IMG/VR virus record: IMGVR_UViG_3300027820_000029
Location: 1 to 64,000 of that record
DNA from: a virus
Taxonomy: Duplodnaviria > Caudoviricetes
Direction: 5' to 3' (one strand)
DNA: 64,000 nt
Below are positions 8,133-17,236 of the stretch, piece after piece. Position 1 is the first letter of the stretch, and every line of letters begins with the position of its first letter. A program made the translations under genes and the position numbers. A model generated the notes under the pieces. The model was given only the letters and a program-made list of their open reading frames with translations. It searched no databases and was not told where the DNA came from.

Positions 8133-8368
8133 AATGTTTTAATACCTTTAGTTAAGTTTAAAATTGTCCAAAGAAATAAATTAGTATATATTCCTCTTTC
8201 TTTCCATGAAAAAATCATAGCAGGTTGTTTATCTAGAACGTAATATTCCTTACCATTAAGTAATGTATAATATTCTACTATATCAGCCCAAGTTCTTTCT
8301 TTCCATTTACATCGGAATAAAAGTATAAATTGATCTCTAATCTTCATATAATCCTTCATCAATAGCAT
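8129..8368 (-). CDS. hypothetical protein
   Basis: ORF track. Confidence 0.5.
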   Translation of the reverse strand: MLLMKDYMKIRDQFILLFRCKWKERTWADIVEYYTLLNGKEYYVLDKQPAMIFSWKERGIYTNLFLWTILNLTKGIKTL

Positions 8369-8531
8369 CGTATAGTGATTCTAGAGTAGCTATAGTACAC
8401 TTATCTAGCCCAGTGATATTGCGTTTAAGCAAGCGACAAATATCTTTAATCCAATCTGCCTTAAGCTTACGCGGAGTCTTACCTCTAGTTTTCCTACTAT
8501 TCTCTAGTAGTCTTTCGTAATGTGCGCCCAT
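8337..8531 (-). CDS. hypothetical protein
   Basis: ORF track; AAAGG RBS, follows promoter 8559-8587. Confidence 0.65.
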   Translation of the reverse strand: MGAHYERLLENSRKTRGKTPRKLKADWIKDICRLLKRNITGLDKCTIATLESLYDAIDEGLYED

Positions 8532-8558
8532 TGACCTTTCCTTTCATTTAATATAAAT

Positions 8559-8587
8559 ATTATACAGAATTTAAGAATAAAAGTCAA
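8559..8587 (-). promoter_or_regulatory. sigma70-type early promoter
   Basis: TTGACT-N17-TATAAT. Confidence 0.85.
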
Positions 8588-8877
8588 GAAGTATTTTTAA
8601 CATCGTAATAATGATTTAATATTGCTGTAGTTAACATTTTTATTTTTTCCTGGCGAGGTAAAATCATAGTTGTAAACAAAGCTATAGGGAAAAGTAATAT
8701 TATAGTAATAAAAGTAGAGACACCCCATATTGCTATGGGGTAAGATTTTTTACGTTTTAATTGTTTTAAGCTAACTATATCATATACACACATTATTGCA
8801 TGTCTAGTATACCTTATGTGATATACCATTGCAAAACTTATTGCTAATATTAAATATAATTCCATTGTTTCCTTCAA
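8584..8877 (-). CDS. hypothetical membrane protein
   Basis: ORF track; hydrophobic segments. Confidence 0.55.
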   Translation of the reverse strand: MKETMELYLILAISFAMVYHIRYTRHAIMCVYDIVSLKQLKRKKSYPIAIWGVSTFITIILLFPIALFTTMILPRQEKIKMLTTAILNHYYDVKNTS

Positions 8878-9025
8878 CTAAGGACTTAGTAAAAGTCTTT
8901 AGTTCTTTAATATTTGTATTATTTATATTTTTACGTACATTATCTATATAAACAGTACTACTTGTCGGGCTATCCGACACTATTGTTATCGTCTTTCCTT
9001 GGTATTGGAAGCTTGCTGCTTTCAT
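8804..9025 (-). CDS. hypothetical protein
   Basis: ORF track. Confidence 0.5.
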   Translation of the reverse strand: MKAASFQYQGKTITIVSDSPTSSTVYIDNVRKNINNTNIKELKTFTKSLVEGNNGIIFNISNKFCNGISHKVY

Positions 9026-9155
9026 AAGAATAGTCCTTAAAGGTTCGTTTACAGTGAATACAGGCTATATATTCCTTTGTAAAGTCTAAATGTTTTTCTT
9101 TCTTCAACAATTTTATGTTTTTTGACTTACAATATAGACAGGTATTATTAATCAT
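8970..9155 (-). CDS. small zinc-ribbon protein (CxxC...CxxC)
   Basis: CLYC and CIHC motifs; likely ATG at 9155 right after stop of frameshifted nuclease tail. Confidence 0.6.
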   Translation of the reverse strand: MINNTCLYCKSKNIKLLKKEKHLDFTKEYIACIHCKRTFKDYSYESSKLPIPRKDDNNSVG

Positions 9156-9156
9156 T

Positions 9157-9763
9157 TTATGAATATCTAAATGTTTCTGTATTACCATCTTTGAGTAATT
9201 TAGTGTTAATTTTTAAATGCTCTACATTTTTAAGCCATTCTTTTTCTACTGCCATCGCACTTTTCCCTTTATCAAAATGTCATAATTTCATATTCTGGCA
9301 TACCATACATCCTTCGTTTTACTGTATTAGATGTAACACCTATTTTATATATATCTTCATTTATAAAATATATTAGATAAGTTATAGCTGGTCTATCTCT
9401 AGATACTTCTCCCTTACCAGTGCCACAATATCCTTCTAATTTATGATTAGGAGCACAGAAATACTCTGTTCCGCAGACTAAACATTTATGTAAAATTTTT
9501 GCATCAGCATTTATATAATCTTCTATTCTTATAGTATTTGGATTTTTAATCTTTAGTTCGACATCATATTGTGAATTTGTTTTTAATGCAAAATTTTCAC
9601 TTTTTAGATTTAATTTATTCATTTTAGCATAAATTGCACTGCGACTTCTTTCTAGAAGAAATGCTATATCTTTAGCAAAAGCCCCTAATTTTATTTCTTC
9701 TTTTAATAATTCTTCTTCTTCTTTTGTCCATCTTCTACCCATTTTTTTATTACTCCTTAACAT
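9157..9763 (-). pseudogene. frameshifted member of the Myb-HTH/GIY-YIG-like endonuclease family
   Basis: ORF 9272..9763 stops at YEIMTF*; the conserved tail HFDKGKSAMAVEKEWL...GNTETFRYS* continues in another frame to 9157. Confidence 0.8.
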
Positions 9764-10035
9764 CCTTCTAGAGGATGAAATGAGTCTATAATTTTTAATC
9801 TTTCCTTAAAATCTTTTTTTAAGTTTTCTTTAGTCATTTTTGCCGTGCCTCTAATGTTATTAGCTATAACTTCTGCTAGCTTTTTATTTCCATGGGAATA
9901 TACTGTTGGAAATTGAGGTTCGGCTAACCTAGCTGCTGCTAACATACCTTTGTGATAAGCATCTAAACAATGTTCTCGATCGGCTTGTGTATTTCTTTTG
10001 CTATACTCATTAAACCATTTATCAAATTCATTCAT
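9757..10035 (-). CDS. hypothetical protein
   Basis: ORF track. Confidence 0.6.
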   Translation of the reverse strand: MNEFDKWFNEYSKRNTQADREHCLDAYHKGMLAAARLAEPQFPTVYSHGNKKLAEVIANNIRGTAKMTKENLKKDFKERLKIIDSFHPLEGC

Positions 10036-10125
10036 TTTATTAATCCTAAATATCTAAATTCTTTACAATCTTTTTTTAAGTTTTCTATTTGTTTTTCTAG
10101 TAAAGCTATCTTTAAGCTCTTCTTA

Positions 10126-10335
10126 TCATTCATATCCTTCATATAGATTATCAAATATTTCATCAAATATTTCATCAATTCTATCTTTCAAATGCTCTTC
10201 AGCAGCTCCTACTCCACCTCGAAAAGCTTTTTCTGCTTTATCACGGTCTAGTGAAGAATAGTTAGAATATTTATTATTAGGATAGTTATTTTGTTGATAA
10301 ATAACTAAGTCCCACCAGTCATCGAATCGCTTCAT
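10126..10335 (-). CDS. hypothetical protein
   Basis: ORF track. Confidence 0.6.
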   Translation of the reverse strand: MKRFDDWWDLVIYQQNNYPNNKYSNYSSLDRDKAEKAFRGGVGAAEEHLKDRIDEIFDEIFDNLYEGYE

Positions 10336-10586
10336 TCATAAATTCCCTCTAATTCTCGTTCTTTATCTACAAGAACATCATCTTTCCAATTGTCTAGAAA
10401 CATATCGTTTTCTCGTTTAGGGCAATATCGACCTGCATCGAATTCACCAGCATGTCGCCGATAATTAAATTCATCATTGCCTATTTCTAGGCGTAAGCGA
10501 CTTTTAAGCCAGTGGTCTTCAGCACCATCGAAGCCGCAGTGTATGCAGCAAGCGTCGTCATCCCATTCATGAGCTAATCTATTCAT
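10332..10586 (-). CDS. hypothetical Cys/His-rich protein
   Basis: ORF track; H..CCIHC motif. Confidence 0.6.
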   Translation of the reverse strand: MNRLAHEWDDDACCIHCGFDGAEDHWLKSRLRLEIGNDEFNYRRHAGEFDAGRYCPKRENDMFLDNWKDDVLVDKERELEGIYE

Positions 10587-10786
10587 TTTACTATCTCCTT
10601 AATAATCTCTACAGGTTCCCAGTCTTGGTAATAGGTTAACCCATTATCATCATGACGACTTTTGTTAACCAACACTTCAATAATAGCCTTGTACATCTCA
10701 TAGTTATCACCAAAATAAACTAGGCTATTAATAGTAGGAACTTCTGCGCCTGAAGGTAATTTCTCTTTTAATTTAATTCTAATCAT
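10583..10786 (-). CDS. hypothetical protein
   Basis: ORF track. Confidence 0.6.
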   Translation of the reverse strand: MIRIKLKEKLPSGAEVPTINSLVYFGDNYEMYKAIIEVLVNKSRHDDNGLTYYQDWEPVEIIKEIVK

Positions 10787-11076
10787 TATTTAGCTACTTG
10801 GTTAAGATCTTCTTCTAAAATAAGAGTTTCCGCTCCATCACATTCGGTAATTATAAATTTTGTTCCTTCATCTACCCAGTAGACCATACAATCCATCAGT
10901 CCACCCATATATTCTTCAGGCCAGTTCTTTTCAGCAATAGTCATAATCTCTTTCTCTTCTTTCTTTTCTTCAAATGCTTTTACTAGTTCCTGATCTAATG
11001 CCATTTCAGGCTTTTCCCATGTTGACCAGCTACCACCATAGCTAGTACTAACTAATATTCCAATTTGTTTAGTCAT
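10786..11076 (-). CDS. conserved phage hypothetical protein (GGSWSTW...EGTKF.I.ECDGAE family)
   Basis: recognisable widespread phage motif pattern; RBS present. Confidence 0.7.
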   Translation of the reverse strand: MTKQIGILVSTSYGGSWSTWEKPEMALDQELVKAFEEKKEEKEIMTIAEKNWPEEYMGGLMDCMVYWVDEGTKFIITECDGAETLILEEDLNQVAK

Positions 11077-11245
11077 TTTTATTACTCTTTACGGTAAGGT
11101 TTCATTTTAGTACGAAACCAGCCATGGGTTTTAACATCATATTCGGCAGCTTCATGCTCATAAATATACTTTAACGGCCGAGGGGCCTGACTCTCTTTTC
11201 TTCTTTTCTTATAATCTTCGAACGATTCGTTTTCTTTTCTTTTCA

Positions 11246-11863
11246 TTACATTCCCCATTTAAGACCATAATGCTTAGCACAGGTTTTACCAAAACCAACG
11301 TGCTTACTAGTTGGGTCGCTTAATCGCCTACCACAATACATACAAGCTCCGAGTTTACCAGCCATAACTTTCGATACACCTAGTGGGTCTAAGGCCAATT
11401 CCTGTATCACGGTTTTAATATCTTCAGTGAGTTCATCAGACTCTGGAACAATCATATTATCTATGATACGAGCGATAAACTTGCGCTTACCATGGTTTTT
11501 CCAACCATCACGATAGACATCAATATTTTGACTATCTTTCTTGAAGTTAAGCTGAACAAATACATTTTCTTTGCTAAGAAGACGAATCTTAGGGTATTTA
11601 AGATTTTCACCAGCAATCTGGAACATAACGTAAATAGCCTTGAAATCACCATAAATAGGCTCAGCCTTTTTAACCTTGGCTACGAGTTTATTTACCCAAT
11701 TCCATTGTGAATTAGATAAATTCTGTTTGTCAATAAATTGTTGTGTAAGGCTACTAGCAAAGTTCTGGTCTTTAGCCGGTAGTTCATTTGTAATATCTAT
11801 TAGAGTATTTAAAGACTCTAATTTCTCTTTGTACGCCTGCATTTCAGTGTCTATATTAATCAT
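11246..11863 (-). CDS. protein with C-terminal DUF6011-like zinc finger
   Basis: CMYCGRRLSDPTS...GFGKTCAKH; likely ATG at 11863 after GGAG RBS and promoter. Confidence 0.72.
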   Translation of the reverse strand: MINIDTEMQAYKEKLESLNTLIDITNELPAKDQNFASSLTQQFIDKQNLSNSQWNWVNKLVAKVKKAEPIYGDFKAIYVMFQIAGENLKYPKIRLLSKENVFVQLNFKKDSQNIDVYRDGWKNHGKRKFIARIIDNMIVPESDELTEDIKTVIQELALDPLGVSKVMAGKLGACMYCGRRLSDPTSKHVGFGKTCAKHYGLKWGM

Positions 11864-11891
11864 CTTTTTCTGTCTCCCAGTTGATAAATAT

Positions 11892-11920
11892 ATTATACAG
11901 AAATTTAAGATAAAAGTCAA
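11892..11920 (-). promoter_or_regulatory. sigma70-type early promoter
   Basis: TTGACT-N17-TATAAT. Confidence 0.85.
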
Positions 11921-11930
11921 GAAGTATTTT

Positions 11931-12677
11931 TTAACACTTAAAGGTTTCTGTGTTGCCATCATTTAATAATCCTGTGTTAACTTTTAAATGTTTTATATTT
12001 TCGAGCCATTCTTTTTCTAACGCCATTGCATCTAAGCCTTTGCCAAAGTGCCTTTCTAGTATGATTTCATATTCTTTTGCGCCTATACCCCCCATTCTTT
12101 GTTTTACTGTTCTAGATGTGATACCTACTTTGTATAGGTTTTCATTTGGAAAATGTACTAAGTAAGTTATCCCTGGTTTATTACTAGGTATTCCATTACC
12201 TTGATTATCTTTATAATTACAATGTTTTTTACCTTGTAATTTACCATCAGGGCTACATAAATGTTCAGTATTGCAAATAATACATTTATGTAGGATTTTT
12301 ATATCCCTTCCTTTATAGTCTTCAATTCTTATTATATCTGGATTTTTAATTTTTAGTTCGGCATCATATTGCTCATTAGTTTTTAATATTTTTCTATTTT
12401 TACTTTTTAAGTCTAATCTAGCTGCTTTATTTTGTATTGCTTTAAGACTTTTATTCAATAGAATAGATATTTTTTGTTGTGTACTACCTAATTCCATTTG
12501 TTCTTTTAATATTTTTATATCTTTTTCAGACCATTTTTTTATACCTAATCTATGTGCTTTTAATTGTACTGCTTTTGTACTTTTATCTAATATTTCAGCT
12601 ATATCTGTATGTGTAGTACCTAGGGCTATTTCTTCTTTTAATATTTCTATATCTTCTTCAGTCCATCTTTTAGCCAT
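11931..12677 (-). CDS. putative homing endonuclease: 2 Myb-like HTH repeats + Cys module + GIY-YIG/T5orf172-like domain
   Basis: WTEED/WSEKD repeats; GITYLVHF...LYKVGITS...LEKEWL. Confidence 0.75.
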   Translation of the reverse strand: MAKRWTEEDIEILKEEIALGTTHTDIAEILDKSTKAVQLKAHRLGIKKWSEKDIKILKEQMELGSTQQKISILLNKSLKAIQNKAARLDLKSKNRKILKTNEQYDAELKIKNPDIIRIEDYKGRDIKILHKCIICNTEHLCSPDGKLQGKKHCNYKDNQGNGIPSNKPGITYLVHFPNENLYKVGITSRTVKQRMGGIGAKEYEIILERHFGKGLDAMALEKEWLENIKHLKVNTGLLNDGNTETFKC

Positions 12678-12682
12678 TTCTT

Positions 12683-12720
12683 CTCCTTATATATTTAAGG
12701 GTGGAAAATATTTATTATCT
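12683..12720. repeat. 38-bp imperfect direct repeat, copy 1 (copy 2 at 13413-13450)
   Basis: CTC(C/T)TTATATATTTA..G..GGAAAATATTTATTATCT in both. Confidence 0.7.
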
Positions 12721-13314
12721 CCATGCTTTTGCTTGTTTTGCTAATGCTGTAAAATTTAATACTGACATATCAACTGCATAAGCTGCTGCATAAGTTGTAT
12801 TAGCTTTATAAACTGCCTTAGCTGCACAAGCTGCTGCATGAGCTGCTGCATAAGCTGCTGCATTAGCTTCTGCACAAGCTGCTGCATAAGCTGCTGCATG
12901 AGCTATATCAGCTGCATCAGTTGTATTAGTTACTAGGTATTTATCTGCCCATGCATCCCATTTAGGTATTTTATATGTTAATACTGCCTTAGTACATAGT
13001 ATAGCAAATATTATTTTATCATCTAAACTAAAGTTAGGTAATTTAATTTTATCTTTTAACTTCATAGACTTAGTGCCCATTTTTAATCCATCTGAATTAA
13101 CTATAGGTCCACATTCAACTGAATAACAAATAGGATTTCTTATATTAGCATGTATAGGATTAAATAATATAGCACACTCTGGTGACTCATAACAATGAAA
13201 TACTTTATTAGTACATAAGTCATTTCCAGGTTCATTAATTATATATGTTTTTCCTACTTCCCATTTAAAGTTTTCATATGTTGTAAGATCTTTATTTAAT
13301 AATTTATACTTCAA
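12715..13314 (-). CDS. DUF7666-like protein with Ala-rich AAYAAA repeats
   Basis: YKLLNKDLTTY.NF.WEVGKTY...C...FHC pattern then AAxAAA repeats. Confidence 0.65.
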   Translation of the reverse strand: MKYKLLNKDLTTYENFKWEVGKTYIINEPGNDLCTNKVFHCYESPECAILFNPIHANIRNPICYSVECGPIVNSDGLKMGTKSMKLKDKIKLPNFSLDDKIIFAILCTKAVLTYKIPKWDAWADKYLVTNTTDAADIAHAAAYAAACAEANAAAYAAAHAAACAAKAVYKANTTYAAAYAVDMSVLNFTALAKQAKAWR

Positions 13315-13533
13315 AACTTATTCCTTTTTTATCAAGTTATGTGGATTACTAGTACAGCTTCTAGAAGTTTGTATAAGTTGTAATAATTTCTTCAGCTTTT
13401 GCATAAATATTACTCTTTATATATTTAGGGAAGGAAAATATTTATTATCTTCACCACACCAAGTATGTTTCTGGAAAACAGCCTATTATCTGGGTTAGGT
13501 AACGTTGTAGTCTTAGAATCCCAAAAGCATTGT

Positions 13534-14139
13534 TTATTTATCCTTTTTCTCTATCAATAATATTGCTTTCTTTTCACGCCAATCAACATTAGTTGTATCA
13601 CTATAAAATACATAGCTTAGCATCCATAGTTGTATCACTATAGATATATAAGGAATAATAAGTGATAAATACTGATAAGTATTTAAAAGCTTAGCTGTTC
13701 CATAAAAAGTTGCCATTAACCATCCAATTATTGATATACAAACTGATAATCTAAATAATGCTGATTCTATGCTAGAATGAATAAAAGCATTTCCTTTACT
13801 AACTTCGCATAAGCGAGGTAATATTTTTTTGTGAATATAAATACCGTTTATTGTTAGTGCTAGAACAATAGTAACTTTTGCCCAAATCTTTTCGTTGAGA
13901 ATATATTTAGGATCTTCTTGATAACCTAGCCAAACAAATGCAATACCTGACAGCCACAAACCTATTAATGCTAATATAGTTATACGCGATACAAACTGTA
14001 TCACTGTGTAAAAATCAGTACTAAAAGGTTTTCGTGAAGATAATACTCGCTGTAGTATAATATGCTCCGCTACTAGAGTAGATCCTAGTGCTGCAGCTAG
14101 TGATAAGATATGTATATTTGTAGCTATTAACTTCCACAT
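13534..14139 (-). CDS. multi-pass membrane protein, bacterial-type family
   Basis: about 5 TM segments; LW.SG...NEKIWAK.TIV.ALT.NG..IH...LP motif. Confidence 0.7.
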   Translation of the reverse strand: MWKLIATNIHILSLAAALGSTLVAEHIILQRVLSSRKPFSTDFYTVIQFVSRITILALIGLWLSGIAFVWLGYQEDPKYILNEKIWAKVTIVLALTINGIYIHKKILPRLCEVSKGNAFIHSSIESALFRLSVCISIIGWLMATFYGTAKLLNTYQYLSLIIPYISIVIQLWMLSYVFYSDTTNVDWREKKAILLIEKKDK

Positions 14140-14372
14140 TTATCTCTTTCCTTTAATATAATCAAATCAAATAACCAGCGTTGAAAAGTTGCTAAGTATT
14201 CATTTGGAATTTCTTCCCAGGTTTGTATTTCTTCTAAAGATAGATTTAGCTCGTAAGCTACTTTTTCTTTAGTCCAACCACTTCCTATTAAAAAATCTTT
14301 AAGCCTCAAAACCAATTCCTTTTTTATCAAATTCAGGGTTACGTTCATCATAGCCAAAGCCATAATAACCAT
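14127..14372 (-). CDS. hypothetical protein, possible HTH
   Basis: ORF track; GWTKEKVAYELNLSLEEIQTWE. Confidence 0.45.
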   Translation of the reverse strand: MVIMALAMMNVTLNLIKKELVLRLKDFLIGSGWTKEKVAYELNLSLEEIQTWEEIPNEYLATFQRWLFDLIILKERDKCGS

Positions 14373-15078
14373 GTGGATTAGCTAATACTCTAGTACCTTT
14401 TATAGTATAATCACTAGAGTTATGCATGTGACCGTGCACCCAGGTTAAAACCTTAGGTCCAAAGAAAGAAGACATGTCAGTATAATATGCCATAGTTAAA
14501 GCATCACATTTATAATATTCTAGGCTAGAAGTAATATGAGGGGCAGTATGCGTCATCACTATAGCACGAGTTTCAGACTCTAGTGAATCTAAAGTTTTAG
14601 TTAAAAAATCTCTAAATTGGAAATGCATCTTAGTTGTAATTTGCGCGTTTATTCTAAAGTAGTTCTTTCCATCAAACCACTTAATTTTACGGTAATCATT
14701 TATATTAAATTGAGCAGCATTACCGGCTACTGGAGAGCTAAGGTCTGTCCACATAGTTCCACCAATTAAAACTAAATCTGAGCCTAAAGGGACACAAGTG
14801 TTATTTAAGAAAATAACCCCTGTATCTTCTTCTACATTGTTCATCATTTCTATAGACTTTTGAAATACTTGACCATAGCTTTCATGATTTCCAGCTATGA
14901 TAAATACTTTCTCCCAGCCTTGAGTAGTACATTTAAGTAAAAATTCTTTATAGGCAGAATATTGTGAGCATAGGCCAATATCTCCAGCTAAGAGGAGATA
15001 AGAGCTTTCTCCATCCCAGGCAGGGACAAAATCGTGCCCAAACTCTGCATGAATATCACTAAATAACTGAAACTTCAT
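14299..15078 (-). CDS. calcineurin-like metallophosphoesterase
   Basis: SDIH, AGDI, GNHE, HTAP, HGHMH motifs. Confidence 0.92.
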   Translation of the reverse strand: MKFQLFSDIHAEFGHDFVPAWDGESSYLLLAGDIGLCSQYSAYKEFLLKCTTQGWEKVFIIAGNHESYGQVFQKSIEMMNNVEEDTGVIFLNNTCVPLGSDLVLIGGTMWTDLSSPVAGNAAQFNINDYRKIKWFDGKNYFRINAQITTKMHFQFRDFLTKTLDSLESETRAIVMTHTAPHITSSLEYYKCDALTMAYYTDMSSFFGPKVLTWVHGHMHNSSDYTIKGTRVLANPHGYYGFGYDERNPEFDKKGIGFEA

Positions 15079-15346
15079 TTATTACCTCACATAACATATC
15101 AAAAGTAATATCAAAAATAGTATCTCCGTGTTCTAATCTTTCTTCATTAATAAACTTTCCTCGATGTATAAATTCATCACCACTTTCCCATAATTCAAAA
15201 AAGTTTAAAGTACCAGTACTACAAACATAAATTGGATTTTTAAAAAAGAAATCAATCTTAAATCCTGTAGAATGAGATTTAAATTTATGAGCTATTTTTC
15301 CAGAGCCTAATAGTTTTCTATTTCTAGTATATAAATATATCTTCAT
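15059..15346 (-). CDS. hypothetical protein
   Basis: ORF track. Confidence 0.6.
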   Translation of the reverse strand: MKIYLYTRNRKLLGSGKIAHKFKSHSTGFKIDFFFKNPIYVCSTGTLNFFELWESGDEFIHRGKFINEERLEHGDTIFDITFDMLCEVINEVSVI

Positions 15347-15567
15347 TTTCCTAATACTAGGTTATGCCAGCGTTCACATTGAATAGTAGTTTCTTGCAAT
15401 TGTTGCGTTAGTCCGTTATTTTCTAGTTCAAGTTGCTTAACTAAGATTTCAATAGTTTCTAGTTCAGCTTGTACATGTTCATTTGTGCTAGCTTCAGCTA
15501 GCCGAGCAATTCGTTCGCTTATTTTCATTTGTGAGTTTTCCATTATCATCTTCCTTAAGAGTACCAA
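15343..15567 (-). CDS. hypothetical coiled-coil protein
   Basis: ORF track. Confidence 0.6.
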   Translation of the reverse strand: MVLLRKMIMENSQMKISERIARLAEASTNEHVQAELETIEILVKQLELENNGLTQQLQETTIQCERWHNLVLGK

Positions 15568-15572
15568 ATATA

Positions 15573-15854
15573 TTATTCTAAGAATACTTCAGAGTAAAAC
15601 TTAGCATCAATAGAGGCATCAGTAGAAGAAGAACGAATAAAAATTAAGAGTTTTACTAGCTCCCATTCTGAGTAGTCAAAAGTAACTACCTTATTCTCAT
15701 CAAAAGTAAGAATTATTTCATTACCAGTATCTTGGTAATCTATAGCAGTTTTAGAGCAATAATCAGCAGTCCATTCTGAACCGTAATATTCAATTGCAGA
15801 AGGAGAGGTAAAACTATACTGTAGGGTATTGTCTAGAGAAATTAATTTTTGCAT
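15573..15854 (-). CDS. hypothetical protein
   Basis: ORF track; first gene after promoter 15887-15915. Confidence 0.65.
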   Translation of the reverse strand: MQKLISLDNTLQYSFTSPSAIEYYGSEWTADYCSKTAIDYQDTGNEIILTFDENKVVTFDYSEWELVKLLIFIRSSSTDASIDAKFYSEVFLE

Positions 15855-15886
15855 ATTTTTGTAACCTTTTTGAGATTTAAAGTAAT

Positions 15887-15915
15887 ATTATACCAAATTT
15901 TAAGAGCGATGTCAA
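15887..15915 (-). promoter_or_regulatory. sigma70-type early promoter
   Basis: TTGACA-N17-TATAAT. Confidence 0.88.
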
Positions 15916-16038
15916 CACATAAAAAATCGATGCTTATACTAAAACCTAATAAAAACGGCTAGAGAAAAACTAAAGAAAAAGAGAGTTTTACAACTTTTTG
16001 CAACATTTATGAATATTTCTACATCTAAAAAATAGGTA

Positions 16039-16067
16039 TTGTAATTTGCTAAAAAATGTGCTATAAT
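16039..16067 (+). promoter_or_regulatory. sigma70-like promoter facing a non-coding interval
   Basis: TTGTAA-N17-TATAAT. Confidence 0.55.
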
Positions 16068-16329
16068 ATAATAAATTAAGAGGGCTGAGAACAACAGAGA
16101 CAATTTTTAAAAATTTTTCTCTGTAAAGAGATGAGTGGGTTGTTAAACCTCGCTATCAACCTATCATCACTGTTACGATAAAGAGAAAACTATAAATTTA
16201 TAATAAATTGGCTAGGTGGTGGGAGAAGCCCCTTAATTTTGTCTAATAAAATTACAAATAAATTTGATTTTTTATGCTAAAATTAATATATAAATATTTT
16301 CTTATTTAAAAATATTAATTCAATAAAAT

Positions 16330-16368
16330 ACCCCATTGAAAAAATTAAAACTTTCAATGGGGTTTTTT
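16330..16368. terminator. hairpin/terminator (possibly bidirectional)
   Basis: CCCCATTGAAA...TTTCAATGGGG followed by T-run on plus strand. Confidence 0.7.
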
Positions 16369-16372
16369 CATT

Positions 16373-17236
16373 TTACCAAGGTTTATTTGTTTTATTACTA
16401 ATAACTACATCTCTAGCTTTTGGTATTTTATCCCAATTATATGGGTCTAAAATCATAGCACCACTAGTATCTCTTATACTAGCATTACCTAACCATAATT
16501 GAAGAAGCATCATTATTGCACCTTTTGGTACATGAATAATTTCATATTTATCTTGATCCCATTCATCAACTTGATAATCAATAGAAGCGGCTTGATGCCC
16601 CCATGGAGCTTCACATTCTTCAGTTATTTTAGGGCTAGATTCATCCCAAGCTTCATTAAGAACTTTAATACTAGCTAAATTACACTTATATGCTGTAGCA
16701 GGTTTTAATTCTCCTGAAGATTTAACAGTTAATGCTTGAATTCTAGCTTCTTTGAATTCTTCATCACTGTATTCTTTAAATGGGATAGGTTCAAGAATCC
16801 ATTCTAGTCCTGAACCTAAAAAGTATTTTAGCATTTCATCTTTTTTATCCCATGCTTCATACTTTATATTATTATTTAATTTATGCGCATACATAAATAT
16901 AGGAGTCCAGGTACCAAATCTAGGATTTTTGGTTAATGATTTACTTATTAGTTTACTTCTAGGAACATTATATATTGCTTTTAGCATAGATAATACTATT
17001 TCCTTAGGAATATCTCCATTAGGAGTATGTATTACATTAGGTATATTTTTAAATGTTTTAGTTGCATTAATTTTATTTTCATTACCATATAATTTAACTG
17101 AACTAAATATTGGTAATAAATGGTCCAATGATATTGTTTGTAATGCATTGGCAAATTTCCAATTTGTTAAACCATTATCTCTAGCAGTTTCAGCTTTATC
17201 TGCTATTTCTTTCCAGGGTATATCTTTAATATTCAT
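16373..17236 (-). CDS. conserved T5-family hypothetical protein
   Basis: segments RFGTWTPIFMYAHK..NIKYEAWD and MLLQLWL...SIR recall a conserved T5-like early protein (recalled, not searched). Confidence 0.6.
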   Translation of the reverse strand: MNIKDIPWKEIADKAETARDNGLTNWKFANALQTISLDHLLPIFSSVKLYGNENKINATKTFKNIPNVIHTPNGDIPKEIVLSMLKAIYNVPRSKLISKSLTKNPRFGTWTPIFMYAHKLNNNIKYEAWDKKDEMLKYFLGSGLEWILEPIPFKEYSDEEFKEARIQALTVKSSGELKPATAYKCNLASIKVLNEAWDESSPKITEECEAPWGHQAASIDYQVDEWDQDKYEIIHVPKGAIMMLLQLWLGNASIRDTSGAMILDPYNWDKIPKARDVVISNKTNKPW

